This document shows, one piece after another, positions 45,409-56,890 of a stretch of DNA of 64,000 nt (within the stretch, counting starts at the first letter, position 1; each line of letters starts with the position of its first letter). Position numbers and translations under genes: made by a program. Under the pieces are notes generated by a model that searched no databases, had not been told where the DNA came from, and saw nothing but the letters and a program-made list of their open reading frames with translations. Source of the DNA: the human T2T-CHM13v2.0 reference genome, Homo sapiens; the NCBI RefSeq assembly GCF_009914755.1, contig NC_060935.1; one strand, 5' to 3'.

Positions 45409-45974
45409 TGTAGGAGTGAAGAAAAAAGGCTTCTTCCTTCACTCTCTACAGTTCAGCTGAAAATAAACTGACAAAGGCAGATTAATAGGAGAAAAAGTCA
45501 TATACACGTATTTTAACATGCAAGGGGGAAAATCACAGGAGGGTGATTTCCCAATAACCCAATGGGGTACCGGTGATTATATACTATTCTTCATAGGGGA
45601 GGAGAAGATGGGGAATGTACACAAATTTTTTGAAGTCATAAATGATTATTAGGAAGAATGAGTGGACCTGGGGAATAGAAATTAACCTGTAAATGATTCT
45701 CTTGAAATTTGAATGAGGCAAATAAGCAGGTGTCATCTTTTGAAAAAGTCCATCCAGTTGTGGTTGTATTCCTCAGTCATCTTCTCTGAAATAATGAGAT
45801 TTCATGGAGCAGGTGGAAGGCTATTGTTTTCTCTTTCATGGGATGCAGCCATAAGGCAGATAAAAGAAGAGCAGAGAATAGCCTCTTCCAGCATCTGCTG
45901 CCTTTCAAAGGCCTTTAAAATAATCAGCCTACCAGGGTACTGTATTTTGGGGTGACATTCCCTGGGTTCCTTTA
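45409..45974 (-). mobile_element. ERV1 solo LTR (MER31/MER34-like) inserted in an L2
   Basis: 4-bp TSD gtca (45405-08/45975-78); - strand starts TAAAGGAACCCAGGGAATGTCACCCCAAAATA. Confidence 0.65.
45446..45467 (-). CDS. SAA2: Putative alternative last coding exon of SAA2 (short isoform ending ..EVISLFSAEL*)
   Basis: Acceptor CTTTTTCTCCTATTAATCTGCCTTTGTCAG|T TTA TTT TCA GCT GAA CTG TAG, phase-compatible with exon 3; matches a short SAA2 isoform as I recall it. Confidence 0.7.
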
Positions 45975-46004
45975 GTCACATAGCTACTTATTTAATAAAT
46001 GTTG

Positions 46005-47432
46005 ATGGTACTGGTATAAAAATAGACACGTAGACCAATGGAACAAAATAGAGAACCCAAAAATAAAACCCCATACATATAACCAACTGATCTTTGACAA
46101 AGTCAACAAAAACATACAGTGGGGAAATGATACCTTATTCAATAAACGGTGCTGATAAAAGTGGATAGCCATATGCAGAAGAATGAAATTTTATATCTCT
46201 CATCATATATATATATACTCAAGGTGGATTAACAACTTGAATGTAAGACCTGAAACAAAAAATTCTAAAAGAAAACCTAGGAAAATTCTACCAAACATTG
46301 ACCTAGTCAAAGAATTTATGACTAAGATCTCAAAAGCAAATGCAGCAAAAAAATATATACACAAGCAGGACTAAACTAAACTAAAAACTTCTGCACAACA
46401 AAAGAAATAGCCAACAGAGTAAACAGACAACCTAAGAACGGGAGAAAATATTTGCAAACTACTCATCTGACAAAGGACAAGTACCAAGATTCTACAAGGA
46501 ACTCAGACAACAAGAAAAAAGGAAATAACCCCATTAAAAAGCGGGCAAAGGACATGAGCAGGTATTTTTCAAAAGAAAACATACAAATGGCCAACAAAAT
46601 ATGAACAAATGCTCAACATCACTAATCATCAGAGTCACAAATTTAAACACAAATTTAATCACAAATTAAAACCACAATGAGATACCATCTCACACAATCA
46701 GAATGGCTATTACTAAAATGTCAAAAAAACAACAGATGTTGGTGAGGATGTGGAGAAAAGGGAATGCTTATACACTGCTCATGGGAATGTCAATTAGTAC
46801 AGCCTCTGTGGAAAGCAGTATGGAGATTTCCCAGAGAACTAAAAATAGAGCTACCATTTGACCCAGCAGTCCCATTACTGGGTACTACCCAAAGGAAAAT
46901 AGATCATTATATAAAAAATATACCTGAATGCATGTATTTATCACAACACTATTATTCACAGTAGCAAAAATATGGGATTAACCTAAGTGTCTTAGGTTAA
47001 TCAACGAATGATTGGAGGGGTGTGTGTGTATGTCTGTATACACATATATACACCATAGAATACTATTCAGCCATTAAAAAGAATGAAATCGTATCTTTTG
47101 CTGCAACATAGATAGAACTAGAGGCCATTATCTTAAGTGAAATAACCCAGAAAGTCAAATATCACATTTTTGCACTTATAAATGGGAGCTAAATAATGTG
47201 TACACATGGACATAGAAAGTGGAATAATGGACACTGGAGACTCAGAAAGATGGAGGGCAGAAGGGGGCCGAGGATTGAGAAATTACCTGACAGGTACAAT
47301 GAACTCTACTTGGGTGATGGTTACACTAAGAACCCAGATTTCACCATTATGCAATCTATCAGTGTAACAAATCTGTACTTGTACCCCCTAAATCTATAAA
47401 TAAATAAATGAATGAATATTTTAAATAACAAT
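46005..47432 (+). mobile_element. L1PB-like 3' fragment
   Basis: ORF2 C-terminus ([13 protein letters not shown]..; [14 protein letters not shown]) and 3'UTR; TSD aataaatg(t/c)tga. Confidence 0.88.
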
Positions 47433-47588
47433 AATAAATGCTGAATGAACACATGGAAGCACATTTCTGAACGTTTGAAATAATTCCTAATTCAATGACA
47501 TGTTTAAAAATAACAAGCAGCTCAATTTGCATGTAGCATGAGGCACATTAATTAGTCATAGGAGATAAGACTGAAAAGCTTGGATACC

Positions 47589-48058
47589 CTATTAGTCAGG
47601 GTTCTTGAGAGACACAGGACAAATAATTTATTTGTGTATGTATGTATGTATTTATTTATTGTAAGGAATTGGCTCACAAGATAATTGGGGCTGAGAAGTC
47701 CCACGATCTGCCCTCTGCAAGCTAGAAACTCAGGAAAGTGTAATTCAGTCTGAGTTCAAAGGCCTGAGAACCAGAGCAACTGATCATGTAAATCCAATTT
47801 GAGGGCAAGAGAAGATGAGAGGAGATGTCCAACTCAAGCAGTGAGGCAGGGGAAAAGGGAGGCAAATCTGTCCTTCCTCTATTTTTGTTCTATTCAAGCC
47901 TTCAACAGATTGGGTGATGCCCAGTTGCATTGAGAATAGCAATCTACTTTATTAAGTCCAATTCAAATGTTAATCTCCTCTGGAAACACCCTCACAGACG
48001 ACCCCAGAAACAATGTGAATCTGGGCAGCCTCAAACCGACACAAAAATAAATATAACA
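47589..48058 (-). mobile_element. MLT2 (ERVL) LTR
   Basis: tattagtcagggttct..aaggaattggctcac..aacaccctcacagac. Confidence 0.75.
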
Positions 48059-48061
48059 GTA

Positions 48062-48366
48062 GGCTGGGCTCAGTGACTCATGCCTGTAATCCCAGCACTT
48101 TGGGAGGCTGAGGCAGGCAGATCACTTGAGCCCAGGAGTTCAAGACCAGCCTGGGTGACACGGCGAAACCCCATCTCTACAAAAAATATAAAAATTAGGC
48201 AAGTGTCATGGCGCACATCTGCAGTCCCAGTTATTCAAGAGGCTGAAGTGGGAGGATCTCTTGAGCCCCGGGAGGTCGAGGTTGCAGTGAGCCATGATCA
48301 TGCCATGGCACTTCAGCCTGGATGAAAGAGGGAGATGCTGTCTCAAATAACGAAACAAAACAAAAC
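48062..48366 (+). mobile_element. AluJ
   Basis: Dimeric Alu. Confidence 0.88.
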
Positions 48367-50753
48367 ACAACTATAACAAAGAGCAATGCAATTTCCCTTT
48401 CTCAAACTTTTCTAACAGAGAGAAGCATGTTAATTCTTACTGAGGAAAACCAAGTAATTAATAAAAGGTATTTGGGTGTGCCAGAGCATAGGTATTAGGT
48501 GTGACTTTACAAATTATAAATCCCTGGGTAAACCAAGCACCTTTTTCCTTGGATACAAATTTCGATTTAAAAATTTTTTTCTTGTTTTTTTTATACTTTT
48601 TCTTCCTCTGAACCTATGGACTATATTGAATTAAATTTTTTTTCAAATTATAGATTTCAAGAAGGGGAGTGATTTGGTCCTTTACAGATGGATGAATGAA
48701 TTTCTGTATCCAAATGTTGCTTCAGTTAATTATTTCTAGTAATAATATGTTGATTGCAAAGTTTTGAATATCTACAAAGACTAGACTTTGAAAGCTTGCT
48801 TTATTTGACTTTGAAAGCCATTCTTTCTCTCATCCTCCCTTTCTCTCCCTCCTGCCCCCCAAAATCTACAACTTCAGTACTTGTGACAGAAATCTAATTG
48901 TAAGCATTTACAATTGCTATTGTAATAATAGCATTACAGTCTTTTTTTACAACTTGGGGTCAACTCAGACTTTACTAGACTGAACACTAATCTCAACAGT
49001 GCATTGAGTCTGCTCCCATGAGCCAATCTTCCACCCCTCTCTCCATCTTATTTATCTTGCCCTTGCCTTGTTTTGGCATTGGCACATCTTTGAGACTCAG
49101 ACTCAAACCTCCTATACCTCCTATACCTACACTTCTATTAGTGTCTTTTGATGAGAACTGTATGAGAAAGTTCTGTTGTAAATAGTTCTACTTTATATCC
49201 ATACATTTTCTTCCTCCTTGACAAATAAATTTGTCTTTACTCTGTAAATATAATTTTATAACTAGTCTTCTCACCTTAGGAGTCCTCCTCAATCCTTTTT
49301 CAGAGAAAAGGGGTATGCCAGTTATCAGTTTCTTTATTTTCAGCTCCACACCCACCCCTTTGTCCTATTTGTGATGCTGGAGCTGGACCCTGTGAACATT
49401 TCTCCTTTGCCAGTTGGGCATGATGTTAATCTTCACCCATAGAGGGCGCTAGAGGGCCAAGCAGGAGATGAAGACATCTTTTCCTGTTCTTTTGTGCTTT
49501 GCTTCCTTTCAGCTCCTGCAGTACTCTTCTCCTGTACAGGACAACCAGTGGCACTTGCCCCAGAGATCTGAGTGGCATCCCAAGGCCAAGACAGTTTCCT
49601 GACAATTTCTGTGGCACCTCAGTAGGATGTCCATGATGTTTACCAGCAGCCCACTTATTTTAATCAGCTTGGGCTGCTGTAACAAAATAGTACAGCCATG
49701 CTGTGAGTTGGGGTTTCAACATATACATTTTGGCAAGATACAGTTCACTCCAGAGCACTGCCACTTCCACAGCTGGCTTCCCAGGGGTTTTGATAACCTA
49801 TCTCCTGCCCCCAAGCAGTTTCCCAAATTTGTCACAGGAACCCTAGCTGCATTCCCAGAGTTAAGTTACACCCTGGGTAGCTTCCTGCCAAGTTTCATTA
49901 ATACCTCAATGGAGTTCTTATATGTCAGTTTTGGCTTGAAGGACCCAGTAAACTATTTGCCATCCAATGTCAGTCTTGTGAGGGGCCCAATCTCAAATTT
50001 ATACCTTCTCATATTCTGTACTCTTAGAAGTTAATGCTGCTCTCAGTTAATAATTCTTTATATTAAAATTTCCCTTTTCAAATTACTGCCTGGTTTCTGT
50101 CTCCCAAAGGGACCCTGACTGATAAAACAGTTCTTCTCTATCTGGCTCTCTCTCCACTGCCACCACTTCCACAACTTTGATCTAGTTAAGCTCCAGAAAC
50201 TCAGAAAACATTCATAAAAGGAGTCGCATTACATATTTAGACTTGAAAGAAGGCAATGAAAATAGAGTGGAAGAGAACTGCATTGGAGGTATTTTTTAGA
50301 TGGAGTGGGTAGAAATTCATTAATGCCTGGATTTGTAGGTGTTGCTGAGAAATGAAAGGAAGACTCGGGTGGCAGTCGCTGAGGCAGGACTTCACAATTC
50401 AATTGTCTGTAGCCCCTGCCTCCAGAAACAGAGATCACTGAGGAATGAAGAACTGAGGGACAGAGAAGGTAACAGGAAATAATTCACAGGAGATGAGAAG
50501 CCTGGGCAAGGAAGGGACTGGAAATAGCAACAATGTAACCACAAAGGTCTGGAAAAAAGGAGGTCTAATTTGTGGAAGGGTTGATGCAGGTGTCTGCACT
50601 GTGACTACTAAGAATGTCTCCTCACATCCAAACACATAGGCCTACCTAGGCTCACCCTTCATGTGGGTGTGCATTGATTTCCCTTTTGTACCAAACAGGC
50701 AGTCAGCACCAAAAGAAGAACACACTGTTTCAACAAATTCCACCTCTTAAGCA

Positions 50754-50759
50754 TTTATT
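50754..50759 (-). terminator. SAA2: SAA2 polyadenylation signal AATAAA
   Basis: tttatt ~115 nt downstream of the stop codon. Confidence 0.85.
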
Positions 50760-50874
50760 AGATGCCTATTATATGCCATATCTCAGCTTCTCTGGACATA
50801 GACCTCACTAACTTTGTATCCCTGCCCCGAGGGCCTCATAGCCAGGTCTCCTGAGAGCAGAGTGAAGAGGAAGC

Positions 50875-51013
50875 TCAGTATTTCTCAGGCAGGCCAGCAG
50901 GTCGGAAGTGATTGGGGTCTCTGCCACTCCTGCCCCATTTATTGGCAGCCTGATCGGCCAGCGAGTCCTCCGCACCATGGCCTGTGAGTCTCTGGATATT
51001 CTCTCTGGCATTG
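50875..51013 (-). CDS. SAA2: Serum amyloid A2, exon 4 coding part (139 nt)
   Basis: ctacag|C; [45 protein letters not shown]; SAA2-diagnostic N60, L68-T69, K84, R90 (mature numbering). Confidence 0.98.
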
Positions 51014-51407
51014 CTGTAGTCCAGGCAGGCAAGAAGGAGATTAATCATCAGGCCAGTGAGCAGCAGCTCACCCTCCCATTCTCCCCGTTCCAAGGGAGGG
51101 CTCAGAGAGGAGCCCAGAAAGGCCAAGGAAGGAGGAGTGAAAACACTGACCCTGCCTGGGCACTGCCCCATTCAGACAGGCTGGGCACCCCTAGGCTGGA
51201 TGAACAGCACCCAGAGGGGGAGGGGGAGGAATCACTCACTCCTACCATCCACTCAGACCCTCACACTGAGCACAGAGGCAGAGAGAGGGCAAGAAGAGGA
51301 GGGGCCGCAGCCTCTAACTTCTCTACAAGGAGCTCGTCTCCCTCCTGACTGTCCAAGGCAGGCAAGCTCTGCTCACCCAGCCCTAACGTCCCAGGAGCTC
51401 CAGTTAC

Positions 51408-51546
51408 CTGATCACTTCTGCGGCCCAGGCACCCCCAGGTCCCCTTTTGGCAGCATCATAGTTCCCCCGAGCATGGAAGTATTTGTCTGAGCCGATGTAA
51501 TTGGCTTCTCTCATGTCAGAGTAGGCTCTCCACATGTCCCGAGCCC
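51408..51546 (-). CDS. SAA2: Serum amyloid A2, exon 3 (139 nt)
   Basis: ttccag|..[45 protein letters not shown]|gtaact. Confidence 0.98.
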
Positions 51547-52030
51547 CTGGAAAGGAAAGGAAAGGCAGAAGGGACATCAGGAGAACATAAAGACTCCAAC
51601 ACCACCTTAGAGGGGAATGAAAGAAGGACAAATCTTCCACTGACTTCAAGCTTTCAGCCTGTGATCATAGCAGCCTTGGATACCATGGGTTGAGAAGCAC
51701 ATTCCTTTATCCTAGTTGGCTTCTTCAAGTGCCCTGGTGAAGAGCCACTGCTATAGAATGAAGCTGCCTATGATAAGATCCAGGAGTGTATATGAATGAG
51801 GTGGTGACATGGAATACTGATGCTGAGAAAGGTGGCAGACACAGAGTACTTCTGCCCTGACTACTAAAGTATATATTCTTGCAAATGGAATACATGTCAT
51901 TGTGACCTGAGTTCCAGTGACTGTTAGGAGCATAAAAGTCCCTAAACACTTTCTCAGTAGGCTGTACTGATACTGTGGGTTGCTTGAGGAAGCAATAGAG
52001 CAGCGGTTCTCCGCCGTGGTTGCACTTTCT

Positions 52031-52317
52031 TTTTCTTTTTTATTTTTTTAGACGGAGTCTCACTCTGTCACCCAGGCTGGAGCACACTGGAGCAATGTAA
52101 CTCACTACAACTTCCGCTTCCCGGGTTCAAGTGATTTTCCTGCTTCAGCCTCCTGAGTAGCTGGGATTACAGGTGCCTGCCACCACGCCTGGCTACATTT
52201 TCATATTTTTAGTAGACACAGGGTTTCACCATGTTGGCCAGGCTGCTCCGGAACTCATGACCTCAAGTGATTCATCCACCTTGGCCTCCCAAAGTGCTGG
52301 AATTACAGGCGTGAGCC
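52031..52317 (-). mobile_element. AluS inserted in a MER5-like element (~52001-52465), SAA2 intron 2
   Basis: TSD tgg(t/c)tgcactttct; flanks cagcggttctc.. and ..gtgcccaggccacacccca. Confidence 0.85.
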
Positions 52318-53422
52318 TTGGCTGCACTTTCTAATCACCCAGAGAGAAACTGAAAGTCCCAGTGCCCAGGCCACACCCCAGGCCAGTTTCTGCAGACTCT
52401 GCTGGGGAGTTGAAGGCATGGGTAGTTCAGGTGATGCCAAGGTGTGCCTGAGATTCATAACCATCAACCTCTGGGAGGTGGTCAGTGATGCGTCTACCTG
52501 GCAAGAGCCCTGACCTCAAGCACAGCCGGGCTCAAACCTCTGCCCTGCCACCTGCTGACTGGCAGTAAGTCCCTGGGCATTGGCCTCAGCTGCTCTAAGT
52601 CTCAGCTTTCTCACCTTCACAGAAGGGATGCCTGCCTCACAGAGTCATTCTGAAACTAGATGAGAAAATGCTGTGGTCCTTGTGGGGGCTTGAGGCACGT
52701 TAGTTCCCAGCTCTTGTCAAGAAGGCTGGAGAAGGAAGAATGGAAACAGAACAAACCAGGAAGGGAGCCCCTGACAGAGCGAGGCTAAAGAGCCCTGTAC
52801 ATTATCCAACTAGGAAATCGAAGGAGGAAGGAGAAAGAAGACAGAAGAGTCAACAGCCTTAGTCATACTCCTATGCGATTTATGCTGAGGGACATTTTAT
52901 ACCCATTGCAGGCCTTATTTTGCATCTTCTACTCAAAACAAACAGCTCAGGTGCTCCTGGAAAGGATGATTGTTCTTTCTCTGAGTAACTGACTGACAAT
53001 AATCCTCGACTCTCTAATCTGTTTAGCAGCTCCCCAGGCACATTGGGCAGCACAACCTAAGGCAGCGGCTCAAATCTTAAGGAAGCCCAAAAATACCCCG
53101 TGTGCGTTGTTACTGGATGCCCCGTCCCTTACGGCTCAGGAGATGTGTTTTTGATACACCTTGCAGCGGCTTCTGAAATGTGATCCATCCACTTAACACA
53201 TCCTGAGAAGCTGCACTACGGGGAAAGGGGATATTCCCAGCAGCTCTGAAAGACTCGAGACAGGCAACCCAGCAAACCCTAGTTCCTGGCAGGCCTCAGC
53301 AACGCAGACACTAGCAACTCTGTGGTTCAAAAGCAGCCTTCCGAAAGCATCATTTTCCCCAGTTTATCAGGTCCAGGGCGATGTTTCTCTTCAGAAATCC
53401 TGCAAACCTTCTGAAGCCTTAC

Positions 53423-53513
53423 CATCAAAAGCCTCGCCAAGGAACGAAAAGAAGCTTCGGCTGCTGACACTCAGGACCAAGGAGCAGAAAACCAGGCCCG
53501 TGAGAAGCTTCAT
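53423..53513 (-). CDS. SAA2: Serum amyloid A2, exon 2 coding part (91 nt; exon starts at 53517)
   Basis: [30 protein letters not shown]|gtaagg; 91+139+139=369 nt = 122 aa + stop. Confidence 0.98.
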
Positions 53514-53888
53514 GGTGCTGAAATGAAAGGAGAAGTCAGGCAGTCGCCCACAAGACTGGCACAGCTTCCCTTGGGACTTATATTCCGACGAGAGCCTGGT
53601 TATTTCCACTGGATCTTATTAGAGTCTCAGTGGCTCATCTAGGAAACCTTGCAGCAGGACCTCACTCAGAGCCAGAAGCCCTCGGTTCTGAACCCATCAG
53701 CCCTGAAGCCTGACTGCATAAGAGGATGCCAATGTGGCACTGATGGAGGAAGGCAGGAGTTACCACCAGACTGTCACTCCCTCAAGTAGCCTATAATTCC
53801 CCATAACGCATTTACCGTGTGTTCCCTCTGCCCCGCACAGAACTCAACATGGGATAAACACAAAGCAGGATCATTATTTTTTATTCTT

Positions 53889-54008
53889 AAAGCCTTTAGC
53901 ACCTGGTATTCCCAGGTGTTCTCCCATCCAAGTACTACCAGGCCTGACCCTGCTTACCTCTCTAGATCAGAGGAGATAAGACACCTTCAGAATGGTATGG
54001 CTGTATGC
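53889..54008 (-). pseudogene. 5S rRNA retropseudogene in SAA2 intron 1 (probably RNA5SP333)
   Basis: Reverse strand GCATACAGCCATACCATTCTGAAGG..GTACTTGGATGGGAG..GGGAATACCAGGTGCTAAAGGCTTT aligns over the full 5S length; short A-rich tail; TSD caggatcattatttttt (53866-82)/caggataactatttttt (54011-27). Confidence 0.93.
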
Positions 54009-54104
54009 CCCAGGATAACTATTTTTTTTAAAGGAAATGATAATCTTGTTGGGAAAGAGAAAACAGAGTAAGTTTTAAAAATCACTCCTTGGTGTGCTCC
54101 TCAC

Positions 54105-54139
54105 CTGATCTGTGCTGTAGCTGAGCTGCGGGTCCCTGT
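54105..54139 (-). other. SAA2: SAA2 non-coding exon 1 (TSS approximate)
   Basis: ..GGGACCCGCAGCTCAGCTACAGCACAGATCAG|GTGAG, starting ~30 nt below the TATA box. Confidence 0.88.
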
Positions 54140-54160
54140 CTGCCAGGGAGAGGTGGCTGC

Positions 54161-54168
54161 TATTTATA
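54161..54168 (-). promoter_or_regulatory. SAA2: SAA2 TATA box (TATAAATA)
   Basis: tatttata on + strand. Confidence 0.9.
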
Positions 54169-54220
54169 GTGAGCCTTGCTGGTCTCTTGGGAGGGAAGAA
54201 AAGCTGGATGTGGTCCCTGG

Positions 54221-54230
54221 GGAAAGTCCC
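54221..54230 (-). promoter_or_regulatory. SAA2: Proximal NF-kB site GGGACTTTCC
   Basis: Perfect kB consensus ~-90 from TSS; known IL-1/TNF element of acute-phase SAA genes. Confidence 0.92.
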
Positions 54231-54311
54231 TGCAGGTCATTTCCCCTACAAACTGGTCTAAGACAAGTTCCTGGATGCCGGTGGTTTCTTCATCCCGGGT
54301 CATTTATCCCA

Positions 54312-54321
54312 GTTGTGTAAC
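54312..54321 (-). promoter_or_regulatory. SAA2: C/EBP (NF-IL6) site GTTACACAAC
   Basis: TTACACAA core at ~-180. Confidence 0.8.
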
Positions 54322-54764
54322 CTATGGGAACAAGAGAGGTTTGCTGTGCCTTGGCAATGGACAGGGTGCTAGATCAGCTCTGCTCCTCAGCATTGGGGGA
54401 AGTGCAGCTGCAGAGATGCCAGTGGGAGCCCCGTGATGGCGGCACCTGGGCTGCTGGAAGGTGTGGAGTGAGGGCAGCTCTTCAGCCAGCTCCTGACTAT
54501 ACCGGTCATTTCCTCAGGATGGGCCCTGCTGGGCCACATGGCAGATGACCCTGACTGAAGTCCCTGTGAGTTCATGTCTAAAGCTTTAAGCTTTAAAACG
54601 GACAGCCTACCCCTGCCACATCTCATGTGTGCCCTGGAAGCCTCCTTCCACCCCTCTGGATGTCCTGATATTTCTCAGCACAGAAAATCTCTGCTCCGCT
54701 GGCTTAGCCAATTTGGAAATGCTTTTTCTAAGTTGGCTCCTGAGCCAAGGACAATGTAGAGAGG

Positions 54765-54774
54765 GGGACTTTCT
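54765..54774 (+). promoter_or_regulatory. SAA2: Distal NF-kB-like site GGGACTTTCT
   Basis: 9/10 match to kB consensus, ~-630. Confidence 0.6.
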
Positions 54775-55161
54775 GCTGCCCCAGCCTAGTCCTGGAGCCC
54801 CACCTTGGGAGAATGAGAGTGTGGTGCGTTAAATAGGCAGCCCAGCTGGGGACGTGCCCAGCATCCAGGCAGGGAAGGGTGGGAGAGCTCTTGGTCTGCT
54901 GTATTATCACGGAGGGGTGCAGGGGGCATGCAGATCACTCTCTCATGAGAACATCAACAGGGTCAGATTAGCTCTGCAGAGGCTTATGGAGGAGCATGGT
55001 GGCCAGAGATGGGTCAGTACCAGAGCCCAGGGGGGCTGAGGCCAGGACATGCAGAGAGGCTGGTGGACATAGCAGCAACTCTGGTTTCTTCTTCTCCAGT
55101 CCATGTTCATACCCTGAGGGCTAGGCATTTGTAATAACAAACAAACAAGCAATTTAGAAAT

Positions 55162-55290
55162 GGGCCAGGCATGGTGGCATGTGCCTATAGTCCCAGCTAC
55201 TTGGGAGGCCAAGGCAGGAGGCCTGCTTGAACCCAGAAATTTGAGGCCAGCCTGGGCAACACAGCAAGATTATCTTAAAAAATTTTTTTT
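55162..55290 (+). mobile_element. Alu monomer (FLAM-like)
   Basis: Single arm. Confidence 0.75.
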
Positions 55291-55866
55291 AATCTCTGAG
55301 AAATGGGTAGGGCCAGGAAGTAAAGGATGGCCAAATACTCCATAAGCAGCAAATGCGTGGCTCCAATGTGAACAATGATATTATAGACTCTGTTCTGAGA
55401 CCTATGCATTGACACCTCCACCTCCCCCACTACATCTTGCCACCTTAAAACCACTGAGAGTGGTACCTGCTGGAATGGGTCCACACACACAGTCACACAT
55501 ATTTTAGGCAGGGTAGTTGACATCCCCAGGGAAAAAGAGCTCACAGAGAGAGGCTGAATGTTTCCAACTGGGTAGCAGTAATAGTACATCATGCTGTACA
55601 TGGTACAGCACAGATCAGGTGAAAATAATAGCACATCGTGATTAACCAGGGCTTATTCCAGGGAGTCAAGAAGAGTTTCATATCAGAAAAATCTATCTTT
55701 GTAATTCACTATACCAGTAATCAAAGAAAAGGATTGTACATTTATTTTACTAGATGCAGAAAATGAATTTCATAATTGTCAACATCTACTGATGATAAGG
55801 AAAATGTATAACAAAATAAAGAGACCATTTCTGACTTGAGAAAGGATAAATACCAATATGTTATAG

Positions 55867-56523
55867 CAACAGTTCTCAAACTGTTTTCCAGGGAACCCTA
55901 AGAATCCCTCCTTAGGGAGGCTTTGATCTCAAAATTATTTTTAGAATAGTGCTAACACACTATTTTCATGTTTCAGTCTCATTTTCTCATGAGTACACAC
56001 AATATGACAAGTTAGTTGATATGAGTGTGGATTTCCACATGGTAACTGACTTTTCAGAAGCTACCACTTGTTGAGTTTGGTATAATATAGAATAGCCACA
56101 ATTATCTAAAAATACCATTAAAATACACTCCCCCATTTCAACTATATATCTGTGTGAGGCTGAATTTTCTTCATATACTCCAACCTAAATAACATATTAA
56201 AACAGGTTGGATGATGAATCAGATAGGAAAATCCAGCTATGAAAAAAAAATCAGACATGAAAAATTTTCAAAAGGGTAAAACCATAGTACTCTTCTTACT
56301 TTTTTTCTTTTGGAAGATGGTTATTTTTCATAAAAATATATTATTTATGTTAACATATAGAAGATGGATAATTTTTTGAAGAATTGATAAATGTTTAAAT
56401 TTTTTCTTTCTATTATGGTAAATACTGATGAATAGAGTCCCCATAAATAAAAGTTCTTTGGGGTATTCAATAATTTTTAATAGTGTAATGGGATCCTGAG
56501 ACCAAAAGGTTTGAGAATCATTG
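55867..56523. mobile_element. hAT-Charlie DNA transposon (MER119-like) within an old L1
   Basis: Termini caacagttctcaaact.. and ..gggatcctgagaccaaaaggtttgagaatcattg. Confidence 0.65.
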
Positions 56524-56597
56524 CTCTACAGCAAACATTATGTGTAATTAAGACACTTCAGGTGCATTCTCAAGAAGACCAATAAAGAGGCCACAAT

Positions 56598-56890
<293 letters not shown>

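Noticed and set aside
50875-53513. Calling the gene SAA1
   Set aside because: Residues LSVSS, N60, LT68-69, K84, R90, the split GRE and the position next to SAA4 are all SAA2-type.
53889-54008. Functional 5S rRNA gene
   Set aside because: Many substitutions, CpG decay, a single copy with TSD and A-rich tail.
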